32,000 nucleotides of DNA from Ruegeria phage vB_RpoP-V12. Below the pieces are notes generated by a model. The model made no database searches. It was not told the origin of the DNA and saw only the letters and a list, made by a program, of their open reading frames with translations. This document shows positions 14,974 to 23,092 of this stretch, piece after piece. The DNA lies in sequence record NC_049435.1. The stretch is one strand, 5' to 3'. The position numbers and the translations under genes were made by a program. Position 1 is the first letter of the stretch. Every line of letters begins with the position of its first letter.

Positions 14974-16404
14974 ATGTCTTCAAACACGAAAAACATCGTG
15001 TCAATGTTGGCTTCCGAAGAGAAAATCATGCTAATCACTGCCGAAGGGCAAGTGCTCGACATGAAGAACAACGGACCCTACAACACGACAGCAATCGCGG
15101 AGTATCTTACTCCCAAACTTGATGGAAAGAGCGTGGTTCCCCTCGATCTCTCCAACTACATGACTATCCATAAGGCCATCGTGCCTGAAGGATATGAGGG
15201 CAGCGGTATCGTTGTCACTCACATGATTGACGGCAAAGAGGTTCAAGGGATCTTCTATCCTCAGAAAGTCTCTGTGGCTGTTCAACATGAAGGACGCGAA
15301 GTGGTTATTCCGCATGTGGAAAATCTGGAGAAGCACGCTCATCGTGCTGCTTCTGAAAACTCCCCTGCGGTTCGCAACTTCCTTCGTCGTCTTGCCCCAG
15401 TGGTCGAAAGTCGCCTCCACAGTGCAGAAGATCTGATGCAATTCATCAAACGGTCTGAGCTTCCGCTCACCAACGATGGTCTGATCATCGGCTACAAAAA
15501 GGTGAACCAGAAAGCCAATGGGATGTTCGTTGATGTCCATTCCGGACAGATCGAACAACAGGTCGGGAGTCACGTCTGGATGGACGTGGACGCAGTGGAT
15601 CCTTCCCGGAACCGTAGCTGCTCTCACGGCCTGCATGTGGCCAACCTTGGCTATCTGAGTGGGTTCAGTGGTTCCCATACCCTGATCGTCTTGGTGGATC
15701 CTGCAAACTTCATCGCAGTTCCTCATGGCGAGACTGACAAATGCCGTGTGTGTGCTTACGACGTGATCGGTGTCATGACCGCATCTGCACATACTATGGT
15801 TAATTCCGGTTCATTCGTCGTGGGTGAACAGACCTTCAAATCAGTCATTGCTGATGCAGTTGCAGGACGTGCTATCAAGCCGTTTGAAGCTGTAAAGGTT
15901 GGAACCAAAACAGTCTTGGAACGAGTTCCCCTCAAAGGGAATGAGATTCCGTCTGTGGTACTGGAAGCTGCTCGACCTGACGTTCAACCCTCTGGAGACA
16001 GTCTGAATGTGGATGTCGTTCCAGAACAAGAGAAGAAGGACATCGTAAAGATGGCAAAATCGACCAAAGCCGCCTCTACTGGCCAAATGCCTTGGGATAT
16101 TGCTCCCAAGGAAGTCATTGCAGTGTTCGAGGATCTCCGTCTGGAGAAAGGTTCGAAAGCTGCGATTGCTGCTCTGCACAACACCAGCACCCGTACCATG
16201 GGTCGGTGGTTCGAGAAGTACGACTATGAAGGTTATGTGAAGTCCAAAGAGACGACCATGACCGTTGCACAGCGTGCTCGTATGCTCTTCAACCAAGGTG
16301 CGTTCGAAGCTCTGGCTTCGTTCAAGCGTACTGCCAAGAAGAGCTACAATGCTCTGGGTTTCAATGACTCTGAGATCACGAAGATCGAGAAGGCTCTGGC
16401 CTAA
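14974..16404 (+). CDS. rIIB: rIIB-like protein with C-terminal extension
   Basis: SCSHGLHVANLGYLSGFSGSHTLIVLVDPANFIAVPHGETDKCRVCAYDVIG parallels T4 rIIB TCSRGLHVCSKSY...VKVHPRDVVSIP...KMRTCQYEVV (from memory). It lies immediately downstream of rIIA. The C-terminal ~130 aa carry an HTH-like segment. Confidence 0.8.
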   Translation: MSSNTKNIVSMLASEEKIMLITAEGQVLDMKNNGPYNTTAIAEYLTPKLDGKSVVPLDLSNYMTIHKAIVPEGYEGSGIVVTHMIDGKEVQGIFYPQKVSVAVQHEGREVVIPHVENLEKHAHRAASENSPAVRNFLRRLAPVVESRLHSAEDLMQFIKRSELPLTNDGLIIGYKKVNQKANGMFVDVHSGQIEQQVGSHVWMDVDAVDPSRNRSCSHGLHVANLGYLSGFSGSHTLIVLVDPANFIAVPHGETDKCRVCAYDVIGVMTASAHTMVNSGSFVVGEQTFKSVIADAVAGRAIKPFEAVKVGTKTVLERVPLKGNEIPSVVLEAARPDVQPSGDSLNVDVVPEQEKKDIVKMAKSTKAASTGQMPWDIAPKEVIAVFEDLRLEKGSKAAIAALHNTSTRTMGRWFEKYDYEGYVKSKETTMTVAQRARMLFNQGAFEALASFKRTAKKSYNALGFNDSEITKIEKALA

Positions 16405-16419
16405 TCGTTCGTTAGTCGA

Positions 16420-16482
16420 AGCACTAGTGTCAAAATCAGGCTTAAATCCCGAGGTTTTAAGACTAATAGAGGCACTAGTGCT
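16420..16482 (+). promoter_or_regulatory. two copies of a palindromic 10-mer (GCACTAGTGT / GCACTAGTGC) flanking an inner hairpin; candidate operator pair or compound stem-loop
   Basis: AGCACTAGTG (16420-16429) and CACTAGTGCT (16473-16482) are each self-complementary and complementary to each other (10 bp). The inner stem is CTTAAA (16441-16446) / TTTAAG (16456-16461). TTT follows the second copy. Confidence 0.4.
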
Positions 16483-16560
16483 TTTGCTAACTCAAGTTCA
16501 CCTTTTGTTCTACATGACGCGAGTTCCGCCGCAGAACAGAAATTGAAGGAGATTTTCCAA

Positions 16561-16869
16561 ATGTGTCGTCGCTCAGAGATCGAATCCAAGATATATGCCA
16601 ACGTCTGTGTCATAGATTTGGGGTACGAAACTGCGTGTCACATTTGGCAAGGTTCCAATTCCGGCACAGGACGAGGTGGGGGCTACCCTCGAATGTGTCT
16701 TAACGGACAGACAGTGGCTGTCCATCGTGTTATGTATGTGAACCATAATGGCTACGTTCCGGGTAAGAAACAGATTGACCACAAGTGTCGGAATCGAATG
16801 TGTGTCAATCCTGAACACCTTGAAATGGTGACTCATAAAGAGAACCAAAGGAGACGAGACAATGCGTAA
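16561..16869 (+). CDS. HNH endonuclease (HNH_3-like, free-standing)
   Basis: HRVMYVNHNGYVPGKKQIDHKCRNRMCVNPEHLEMVTHKEN contains the H-N-H core with Cys ligands. ATG 16561 has AAGGAG at 16546-16551. Confidence 0.85.
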   Translation: MCRRSEIESKIYANVCVIDLGYETACHIWQGSNSGTGRGGGYPRMCLNGQTVAVHRVMYVNHNGYVPGKKQIDHKCRNRMCVNPEHLEMVTHKENQRRRDNA

Positions 16870-17371
16870 ACTTCTATTCATGGCTCCCATGGGCCTGCTT
16901 CTTGCAGCCTGTGGAAGTCCCCCTGAGATCTGTGATCGTGAACTCCAGACTTGGGACAAATTCCAAACTGAAGAGGATCAATGTGATGGAACAAGCAATC
17001 ATGTCTACAGCAGTGGTCCTGATTGGACTTACACTGGTGGGGCTTCTGATTCAGATACTGAATCAGATTCGTCTGATGAAGACAATGGATCGGATTCTGA
17101 CAATGGAGGATCGAATTCTGGCCCGCCTTCTGATGGCGGATCAGACGACTCTGGAGATGACAATGGAGGGGACTCCGATCACGATGGAGGATCTGATTCT
17201 CCGGGATCTGGAGGAACAGATGACGGGGGCAAAAACCATGGAAACAATGGCCATGGAAACGATGATGACGGACATGACTCTTCCAACCCCGGAAAAGGAC
17301 ATGGTGGCCCCAACGGAAACCCAGACGGCACCGACCAAGACGGCTCGCCGGGGAAAGGGAAAGGTCACTGA
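16862..17371 (+). CDS. secreted lipoprotein with long acidic Asp/Gly/Ser/His-rich low-complexity region
   Basis: The signal peptide is MRKLLFMAPMGLLLAAC, with lipobox L-A-A-C. The mature part is largely D/G/S/N, with an H-G-rich C-terminus. It overlaps the HNH stop by 8 nt. Confidence 0.7.
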   Translation: MRKLLFMAPMGLLLAACGSPPEICDRELQTWDKFQTEEDQCDGTSNHVYSSGPDWTYTGGASDSDTESDSSDEDNGSDSDNGGSNSGPPSDGGSDDSGDDNGGDSDHDGGSDSPGSGGTDDGGKNHGNNGHGNDDDGHDSSNPGKGHGGPNGNPDGTDQDGSPGKGKGH

Positions 17372-17761
17372 ATGATCTTCGTATTTGGTTCCAACAAATC
17401 AGGTGTCCATGGTGCTGGTGCAGCTAAAGTTGCATTTAAGCAACACGGAGCCAAATGGGGAATCGGTGAGGGCATAGTTGGAAACAGCTATGCTCTTCCC
17501 ACCAAAGGATTCCACATTGAAAAAATGTCTCTTCTGGAGATTCAGTATTCTGTCAATCGCTTCATTGAGACTGCCGAATACTGGAAAGTCAGAGGAGCAG
17601 AGTTCCAAGTCACCCGTGTTGGGTGTGGTCTTGGTGGTCACAAAGATGCTGACATTGCTCCAATGTTCAGGACTGCCCCTGACAACTGTCTGTTCGATGA
17701 GTATTGGAAGCCTTGGCTCGATACTCATGAAGTGAAACGGAGATACTGGGGAACCTTCTGA
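17372..17761 (+). CDS. conserved phage Rossmann-like protein (FGSN-x2-G-x-HG-x-GAA family; function unknown)
   Basis: The motifs VFGSNKSGVHGAGAAKVA, GNSYALPTK and VTRVGCGLGG form a pattern I recognise as a recurring phage/bacterial family, but I cannot name it with certainty. ATG abuts the lipoprotein stop (TGAATG). Confidence 0.65.
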   Translation: MIFVFGSNKSGVHGAGAAKVAFKQHGAKWGIGEGIVGNSYALPTKGFHIEKMSLLEIQYSVNRFIETAEYWKVRGAEFQVTRVGCGLGGHKDADIAPMFRTAPDNCLFDEYWKPWLDTHEVKRRYWGTF

Positions 17762-18306
17762 TGACCATTTACTATGCAGGGATAGGAAGCCGTGAGACAC
17801 CCGAAGACGTATGCAGAAAAATGTTTGCAGCAGGCAGGACAATGGCCAAGCTCGGATTCATTCTACGATCCGGGGGTGCTGACGGGGCAGATGCTGCTTT
17901 TGAATCAGGTGTGGCAAAAGCAGCTTCTGAACTCAATACCCACCTTGAATCTCTCGCAGAGATATATCTCCCATGGAAGGGGTTCAGGAAAAACCAGTCT
18001 CCTCTCTATGGTTCGTGCAAACGAGCTAGACTCCTTGCAAAAGAGTTTCACCCTAACTGGGCGAATGTCTCATGTGCAGGACGCGATTTTCATGGACGAA
18101 ATATGTACCAGATTCTCGGACGTGAACTGGACAGACCTTCTTCCTTCGTCCTGTGTTGGACAAAAGACGGAGCAATTACCGGAGGTACAGGCCAAGCTCT
18201 CCGAGTGGCTCAAGAATATGGCATACCCATCCTCAATTTTGCATGTCATGATGACCAGTACATCAGTGATTTTATTCTCGGAGCAGCAGAAAGGATGCGA
18301 GGATGA
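17761..18306 (+). CDS. SLOG-superfamily / DprA(Smf)-like Rossmann-fold protein
   Basis: YAGIGSRETP ... ILRSGGADGADAAFESG is the glycine-rich nucleotide-binding signature shared by DprA/Smf and DUF2493-type SLOG proteins. TGATG overlap with the upstream gene. Confidence 0.65.
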   Translation: MTIYYAGIGSRETPEDVCRKMFAAGRTMAKLGFILRSGGADGADAAFESGVAKAASELNTHLESLAEIYLPWKGFRKNQSPLYGSCKRARLLAKEFHPNWANVSCAGRDFHGRNMYQILGRELDRPSSFVLCWTKDGAITGGTGQALRVAQEYGIPILNFACHDDQYISDFILGAAERMRG

Positions 18307-18653
18307 GCGAACACAACAAACAAGGACTTCGGTGGTGGATCTTCAACAAATTCGGACCTCCCGAAGTACAGAACCTGATCGAGCATATCGACAATTTGAC
18401 TCAGGACGGTTCGGACATTGCGATCTACCCCATTGGGGAGTTCCCCTTCAGTGTGAAAACTTCAAACAATCACGATCTGGATCCTCTGATCTTCCCCACT
18501 CCACAGGAACGAGCCTCTTTCCAAGCAGGTCTGAGTTACGGAGTTGGTTTGATGGGTGGATCCACAGCCATACTCACCAAGGATGACTTTGAAATCATTG
18601 AAGAAATGTCAAAGAAGTCCACACATGGTGGCGGAGGACATCACAACAACTAA
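18303..18653 (+). CDS. hypothetical protein
   Basis: ATGA overlap with the upstream gene; 116 codons, ending in a GGGGHHNN tail. No motif recognised. Confidence 0.6.
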   Translation: MSEHNKQGLRWWIFNKFGPPEVQNLIEHIDNLTQDGSDIAIYPIGEFPFSVKTSNNHDLDPLIFPTPQERASFQAGLSYGVGLMGGSTAILTKDDFEIIEEMSKKSTHGGGGHHNN

Positions 18654-18726
18654 ATGTGCTTGCTCCACTAGAGAACCACTGGTACACCACAAGACCCATC
18701 TCAGTCAGAAAGCCAAGAGGTCAGCC

Positions 18727-21057
18727 ATGAGTCAAGCTCATTTCCCTCAACCTATTTCTGAACAGATCTGGAACCAAAAGTACCGTTTCAAGACGGAACG
18801 TGATGGCTTCATCTCTGATCAGAATGTGGTTGATACGTGGGGCAGGATTGCACAAGCATGTTCCAACCTGCCACATTTCCACAACAATCATGCAGAACGT
18901 GAGGCTCTTGAGGCTCGCTTCTACAATGCTCTGTATGATTTCAAGTTCCTACCTGCTGGTAGGATCAACTCCGGTGCTGGAACAGGCCGGAACGTGACTC
19001 TCTTCAACTGCTACGTCATGGGTACTATCCCTGACAGCCTTGATGGTATCTTCGATATGCTCAAGGAAGCTGCACTTACCATGCAGCAAGGTGGTGGAAT
19101 CGGTTACGACTTCTCTACCCTTCGTCCCAAAGGTGCTCTTGTAAAGGGAGTGGAGAGCTTCTCCAGCGGTCCTCTCACCTTTATGGATGTCTGGGACTCC
19201 ATGTGCAAAACCATTATGTCTGCTGGCTCCCGTCGTGGAGCTATGATGGCCACCATGCGGTGTGATCATCCTGACATCATGGAGTTTGTCACAGCCAAAC
19301 AGGATCCTCTGCGACTCCGTAACTTCAACGTCTCAGTTCTCTGTACGGATGAGTTCATGGAAGCAGTGGCTGCTGACAGTGATTGGGATCTCATGTTCGA
19401 TGGTAAGGTCTACCAGACCATCAAAGCCAAAGAACTCTGGGAAACCATTCTCTGGAACACCTACAACTACGCTGAACCCGGTGTGATCTTCATTGATCGC
19501 ATCAACAAGGAAAACAATCTTTGGTTCCTTGAAACCATTGCAGCAACAAATCCATGTGGTGAGCAACCGCTCCCTCCATATGGTGCATGTCTGCTCGGAT
19601 CGGTGAATCTGGCAAAGCATGTCGTCTTTCCGTTTGTCAAAGGACAAGCTGAGATCGACATGAAAGCCTTGGAAGAATCGGTTCGCACTGGTGTTCGAAT
19701 TCTCGACAGCGTGGTTGAAACAAGTCTCTTCCCACTGGAAGCACAGAGAGACGAAGCACGCTTCAAGCGTCGTCAAGGTCTCGGTGTGACTGGTTTGGCA
19801 GATGCTCTCTTCATGACTGGTCATCGGTACGGCAACCAACAAGCTGTTAATTTCACTGATACTATCATGATGAATATCGCTATCTGGGCTTACGAAGAGT
19901 CCATTCAGATGGCGAAAGAAATGGGTCCAGCCCCATGTCTCGTTCCTCTTGAAGCTCGTGAGAAGTTCATTCAATCAGGCTTCATGCAACGGATGCCAGA
20001 GTACATCAAAGATGACATTCTGGAATGGGGTATCCGTAACTCTCACCTGCTCTCTGTGGCTCCTACTGGAACCATCAGCATGTATGCAGGCAATGTGAGT
20101 TCAGGTGGTGAGCCTATCTTCGCTCCGAAGTATCAGCGTAAGGTCACTAACGATGATGGAACCAAACGCACAGAAACAGTCTATGACTATGCTGTGCTGA
20201 AGTTCGAAGAACACTTTGGAGAAAACGACAATCCCGAAGCCATTTGGTGGTGGGAAAACTACATGGCAACAGCACAGGATCTCACTCCGTCTGATCACAT
20301 TGTCATGCAGGCTGTGCTTCAGAAATGGGTAGACTCATCCATTTCTAAGACTGTCAATCTTCCTGAAGACATCAGCTTTGATGACTTCAAAGCAGTCTAT
20401 GATCACGCCTACACTACTGGCTGTAAAGGTTGCACAACCTATCGGCCAAACGACGTGACAGGTTCTGTCTTGTCCGTTGAAACCAAAGAAGAAAAACCAG
20501 TCGAAACTAAGGTTGCAGAACCTGCTTACGACGGAGACATGCGTGTTATGTCACGGCCTTCTGTCATCGACGGTACTACTTACAAGTGCCGTTGGGGTCA
20601 GGATAGCTACTATGTGACTTTCAACAATGTCATGGATCCTCAACACGATTGGTTCATGCCTTTCGAGATCTTTATCAACTCCAAGAACGTGGAACACCAT
20701 CAGTGGACTGCGGCTCTTACGAGGATGATCTCGGCAGTCTTCCAACGAGGTGGAGATGTCCGATTCGTTGCTGAAGAACTGAAGCAAATCCATGACCCGA
20801 AAGGTGGGCAATGGATTGAAGGGCGTTACTGTCCTTCTTTGGTTGCTCTCGTCGGCCAAAAGCTGAGTGAGCATCTCGACATGATTGGGTATCAATCGAC
20901 CCCGGAATCAGTGCCTCTTGCTCCAGAGGAAGAAGTTCAAACGCAGCAGCCAGATCAGTCAGTCCCTGATCAATGCCCAAGCTGCAAGGGCTTCAATCTG
21001 ATCACTGCTTCTGGATGCCCAACCTGTCAGGACTGTGGCTACAGTAAATGTGGCTAA
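18727..21057 (+). CDS. nrdJ: class II (adenosylcobalamin-dependent) ribonucleotide reductase
   Basis: The active-site loop is NPCGEQPLP, and TVNLP is also present. Size (776 aa) and the C-terminal zinc-ribbon-like CPSCKG...CPTCQDCGYSKCG are typical of monomeric NrdJ. I chose ATG 18727 (AAGAGG upstream), and the track extension from 18556 overlaps the previous gene. Confidence 0.9.
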   Translation: MSQAHFPQPISEQIWNQKYRFKTERDGFISDQNVVDTWGRIAQACSNLPHFHNNHAEREALEARFYNALYDFKFLPAGRINSGAGTGRNVTLFNCYVMGTIPDSLDGIFDMLKEAALTMQQGGGIGYDFSTLRPKGALVKGVESFSSGPLTFMDVWDSMCKTIMSAGSRRGAMMATMRCDHPDIMEFVTAKQDPLRLRNFNVSVLCTDEFMEAVAADSDWDLMFDGKVYQTIKAKELWETILWNTYNYAEPGVIFIDRINKENNLWFLETIAATNPCGEQPLPPYGACLLGSVNLAKHVVFPFVKGQAEIDMKALEESVRTGVRILDSVVETSLFPLEAQRDEARFKRRQGLGVTGLADALFMTGHRYGNQQAVNFTDTIMMNIAIWAYEESIQMAKEMGPAPCLVPLEAREKFIQSGFMQRMPEYIKDDILEWGIRNSHLLSVAPTGTISMYAGNVSSGGEPIFAPKYQRKVTNDDGTKRTETVYDYAVLKFEEHFGENDNPEAIWWWENYMATAQDLTPSDHIVMQAVLQKWVDSSISKTVNLPEDISFDDFKAVYDHAYTTGCKGCTTYRPNDVTGSVLSVETKEEKPVETKVAEPAYDGDMRVMSRPSVIDGTTYKCRWGQDSYYVTFNNVMDPQHDWFMPFEIFINSKNVEHHQWTAALTRMISAVFQRGGDVRFVAEELKQIHDPKGGQWIEGRYCPSLVALVGQKLSEHLDMIGYQSTPESVPLAPEEEVQTQQPDQSVPDQCPSCKGFNLITASGCPTCQDCGYSKCG

Positions 21058-21084
21058 TCTACTGAGACTATCAATCTCAAAACG

Positions 21085-21116
21085 TCCCCCCATCAGAAAT
21101 GGTGGGGGGATTTTTT
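21085..21116 (+). terminator. rho-independent terminator
   Basis: TCCCCCCA (21085-21092) pairs with TGGGGGGA (21103-21110) and is followed by TTTTTT (21111-21116). Confidence 0.8.
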
Positions 21117-21129
21117 CATCGAGGATACC

Positions 21130-21498
21130 ATGATCGAACTTTCTTATGAGAACGTCAAAAATGGCTTAGACAAACAGATCAGCATGACCTGTCTATGCAC
21201 TACTCAACAAGAAACTGATCGTGTATTTCGAAATGCCTTGGTTCTCTGGGGGGATCTACCTACATCCAGACCTCATCTCAATGAACGACTCATTGATATG
21301 GTTACTGAATCTGGAAAGATGTTTTCTCTTAGATTTCAAAGATTTGAAGCGTATGCTTCAAGTAACTGGAAAGGATTCAGAGGCGTATTTATGCTTCATC
21401 CTTCCATCAACCCACAAGAAATACTGCCAAGAATGTACGAGCAGTACAAAGAAATGGTAGCTCACAATGAAAGGTATCTTGAGCAATGGCGAGCCTGA
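21130..21498 (+). CDS. hypothetical protein
   Basis: GAGGA lies upstream of ATG 21130; 122 codons. The 13-nt overlap with the helicase start suggests coupling. Confidence 0.6.
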   Translation: MIELSYENVKNGLDKQISMTCLCTTQQETDRVFRNALVLWGDLPTSRPHLNERLIDMVTESGKMFSLRFQRFEAYASSNWKGFRGVFMLHPSINPQEILPRMYEQYKEMVAHNERYLEQWRA

Positions 21499-22763
21499 AC
21501 CAAGAACAACGAGACGCATTTCAGGATGTACTTGCCTTCATCAATGATCCTGACCGAAAATTCCACAGGGTTTCTGGTGGAGCAGGTACAGGAAAGAGCT
21601 TCTTCATTTCCAAAGTCACCGACGACATCCTGAAACACAAAGGACCAGACTGTCCCCTTACATCTGTAGCAGTCACTGCTACCACCAACAAAGCAGCAGC
21701 AGTCCTCAAGGCTGCAATGCAACATCGTCGTGGAGACATCCAGACGATCTATTCATTCATGAATCTCAGAGTCCATAACGACTTCACTTCAGGTGATAAG
21801 CGTGTGGTTCCTACTGCCAAGTGGGAAGTCCATGACCGGACTCTGATCATTGTCGATGAAGCCTCAATGGTCAACAAAACCCTGTATGACTACATCGACA
21901 AGGGAACCACCAAGAACTGCAAGATCCTTTTTGTCGGAGACAGAAATCAGCTTGCTCCTGTCAAAGAGAATATCTCTCCTGTCTATTCGAAGAAGAAGAC
22001 TGAGAGTTTCCTCATCTCTCCTGTTCGTCAACAGAATCAGAAAGCTCTCATGGAGCTTGCAGAGATGGCCAAGGATACTGTTCTGACAGGTGTGTTCCAT
22101 CCCATCAAAGAAGTTCCTGGTGTGATCGACTTCGTTACAGGAAACCAACTCAAAGGGATTCTGGAACGAGAGTATCACAAAGAGGATCCCAACAAGAGGC
22201 TCCTCTGCTACACCAATGAGCGAGTCATCAACTACAATCTCTATGTTCGTCAGCTTCGTGGATACACGCAGAACTATGAGGTTGGAGAGATGCTTACCAA
22301 CAACTCATCGGCAGAACTCGTTGATAAGACACGTCTTTACACTGACCAAGTGGTAGAGGTGATCCAACGAGGTCAAGCCTATGAGAACGATCAGATCGTA
22401 CCCGGAGCCATCATTGACATGGTTGATCTCGTGGTTCGGGATCCAGAGACGTTTGCAATCTACAACGTCACTGTGACCGAAGATCCCAATGATCGTGAAG
22501 AGGTGCTCAAATACTGGAAGTCCAGAAAAAAGTGGGATCGGTTCTTCAAATTCCAAGATAACCATCCTGACCTTCGTTCTGTGGCGGCCAGCACAACTCA
22601 CAAAGCACAGGGTTCAACCTATGATGAAGTAATCGTGGACCTTGCTGACATTGGCAAGTGTACCCAAACCGACATGGCAGCCCGTCTTCAGTACGTGGCT
22701 CTCACTCGACCCAAGAATCGCCTCTACATCAGAGGTGAGCTTCCCGAAAGGTTCTTCCAATGA
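21486..22763 (+). CDS. SF1B DNA helicase (Dda/RecD-like)
   Basis: Walker A is SGGAGTGKSF and Walker B is IIVDEASMV. Also present are FVGDRNQLAPV, ASTTHKAQGSTYDEV and YVALTRPKNRLYI. Confidence 0.9.
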   Translation: MASLNQEQRDAFQDVLAFINDPDRKFHRVSGGAGTGKSFFISKVTDDILKHKGPDCPLTSVAVTATTNKAAAVLKAAMQHRRGDIQTIYSFMNLRVHNDFTSGDKRVVPTAKWEVHDRTLIIVDEASMVNKTLYDYIDKGTTKNCKILFVGDRNQLAPVKENISPVYSKKKTESFLISPVRQQNQKALMELAEMAKDTVLTGVFHPIKEVPGVIDFVTGNQLKGILEREYHKEDPNKRLLCYTNERVINYNLYVRQLRGYTQNYEVGEMLTNNSSAELVDKTRLYTDQVVEVIQRGQAYENDQIVPGAIIDMVDLVVRDPETFAIYNVTVTEDPNDREEVLKYWKSRKKWDRFFKFQDNHPDLRSVAASTTHKAQGSTYDEVIVDLADIGKCTQTDMAARLQYVALTRPKNRLYIRGELPERFFQ

Positions 22764-23089
22764 TCAGCAAAGCCTGTCAATCATTCACCATCCGAATCTG
22801 GATGGCTGGGAACTATGCTCGGGCCGAAGAGATCTGTCGTGAGTTCTGTGAACGGGGCATGTGTGTAAGCATATGCCCCATGAACTACATCTACACAGGT
22901 GGTGAAGAGAGTGGCTTCTGCGTCACACTCATCAACTACCCTCGCTTCCCCAAACCAATCATCGACCTCAAGGATATCGCTTTTGAGCTTGCCACCAAGC
23001 TCATGGAAGGACTACACCAACAGTCTTTCACCATCGAGAATCCTACAGAGATGCTCTTCTTCTCTAAGAGGCCAGAAGACACGAGGTAA
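22760..23089 (+). CDS. hypothetical protein
   Basis: ATGA overlap with the helicase gene; 109 codons. No motif recognised. Confidence 0.6.
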   Translation: MISKACQSFTIRIWMAGNYARAEEICREFCERGMCVSICPMNYIYTGGEESGFCVTLINYPRFPKPIIDLKDIAFELATKLMEGLHQQSFTIENPTEMLFFSKRPEDTR

Positions 23090-23092
23090 ACC

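Noticed and set aside
16902-17375. Alternative-frame ORF (157 aa) inside the acidic lipoprotein gene.
   Set aside because: The repetitive GA-rich DNA keeps several frames open. Only the 16862 frame begins with a proper signal peptide and lipobox and an overlap-coupled start.
17792-18586. 264-aa + strand ORF in an alternative frame, spanning the SLOG-like gene and the next gene.
   Set aside because: It overlaps two ORFs whose frames carry recognisable motifs and ATGA coupling. Its translation is low-information (S/Q/R/T-rich) and it has no SD. A genuine overprinted gene cannot be excluded without ribosome profiling.
18556-18726. N-terminal extension of the RNR ORF. Similar extensions occur at 4125-4235, 3423-3470, 27054-27080, 5059-5079 and 1378-1395.
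   Set aside because: The extensions overlap the preceding gene by tens of nt and start at GTG/TTG without an SD. Internal ATGs with an SD or an ATGA junction give the compact arrangement seen elsewhere.
18654-18726. Possible cobalamin riboswitch or NrdR box upstream of nrdJ.
   Set aside because: The spacer is only 73 nt, far shorter than a B12 aptamer. No B12-box-like or NrdR-box-like palindrome was visible.
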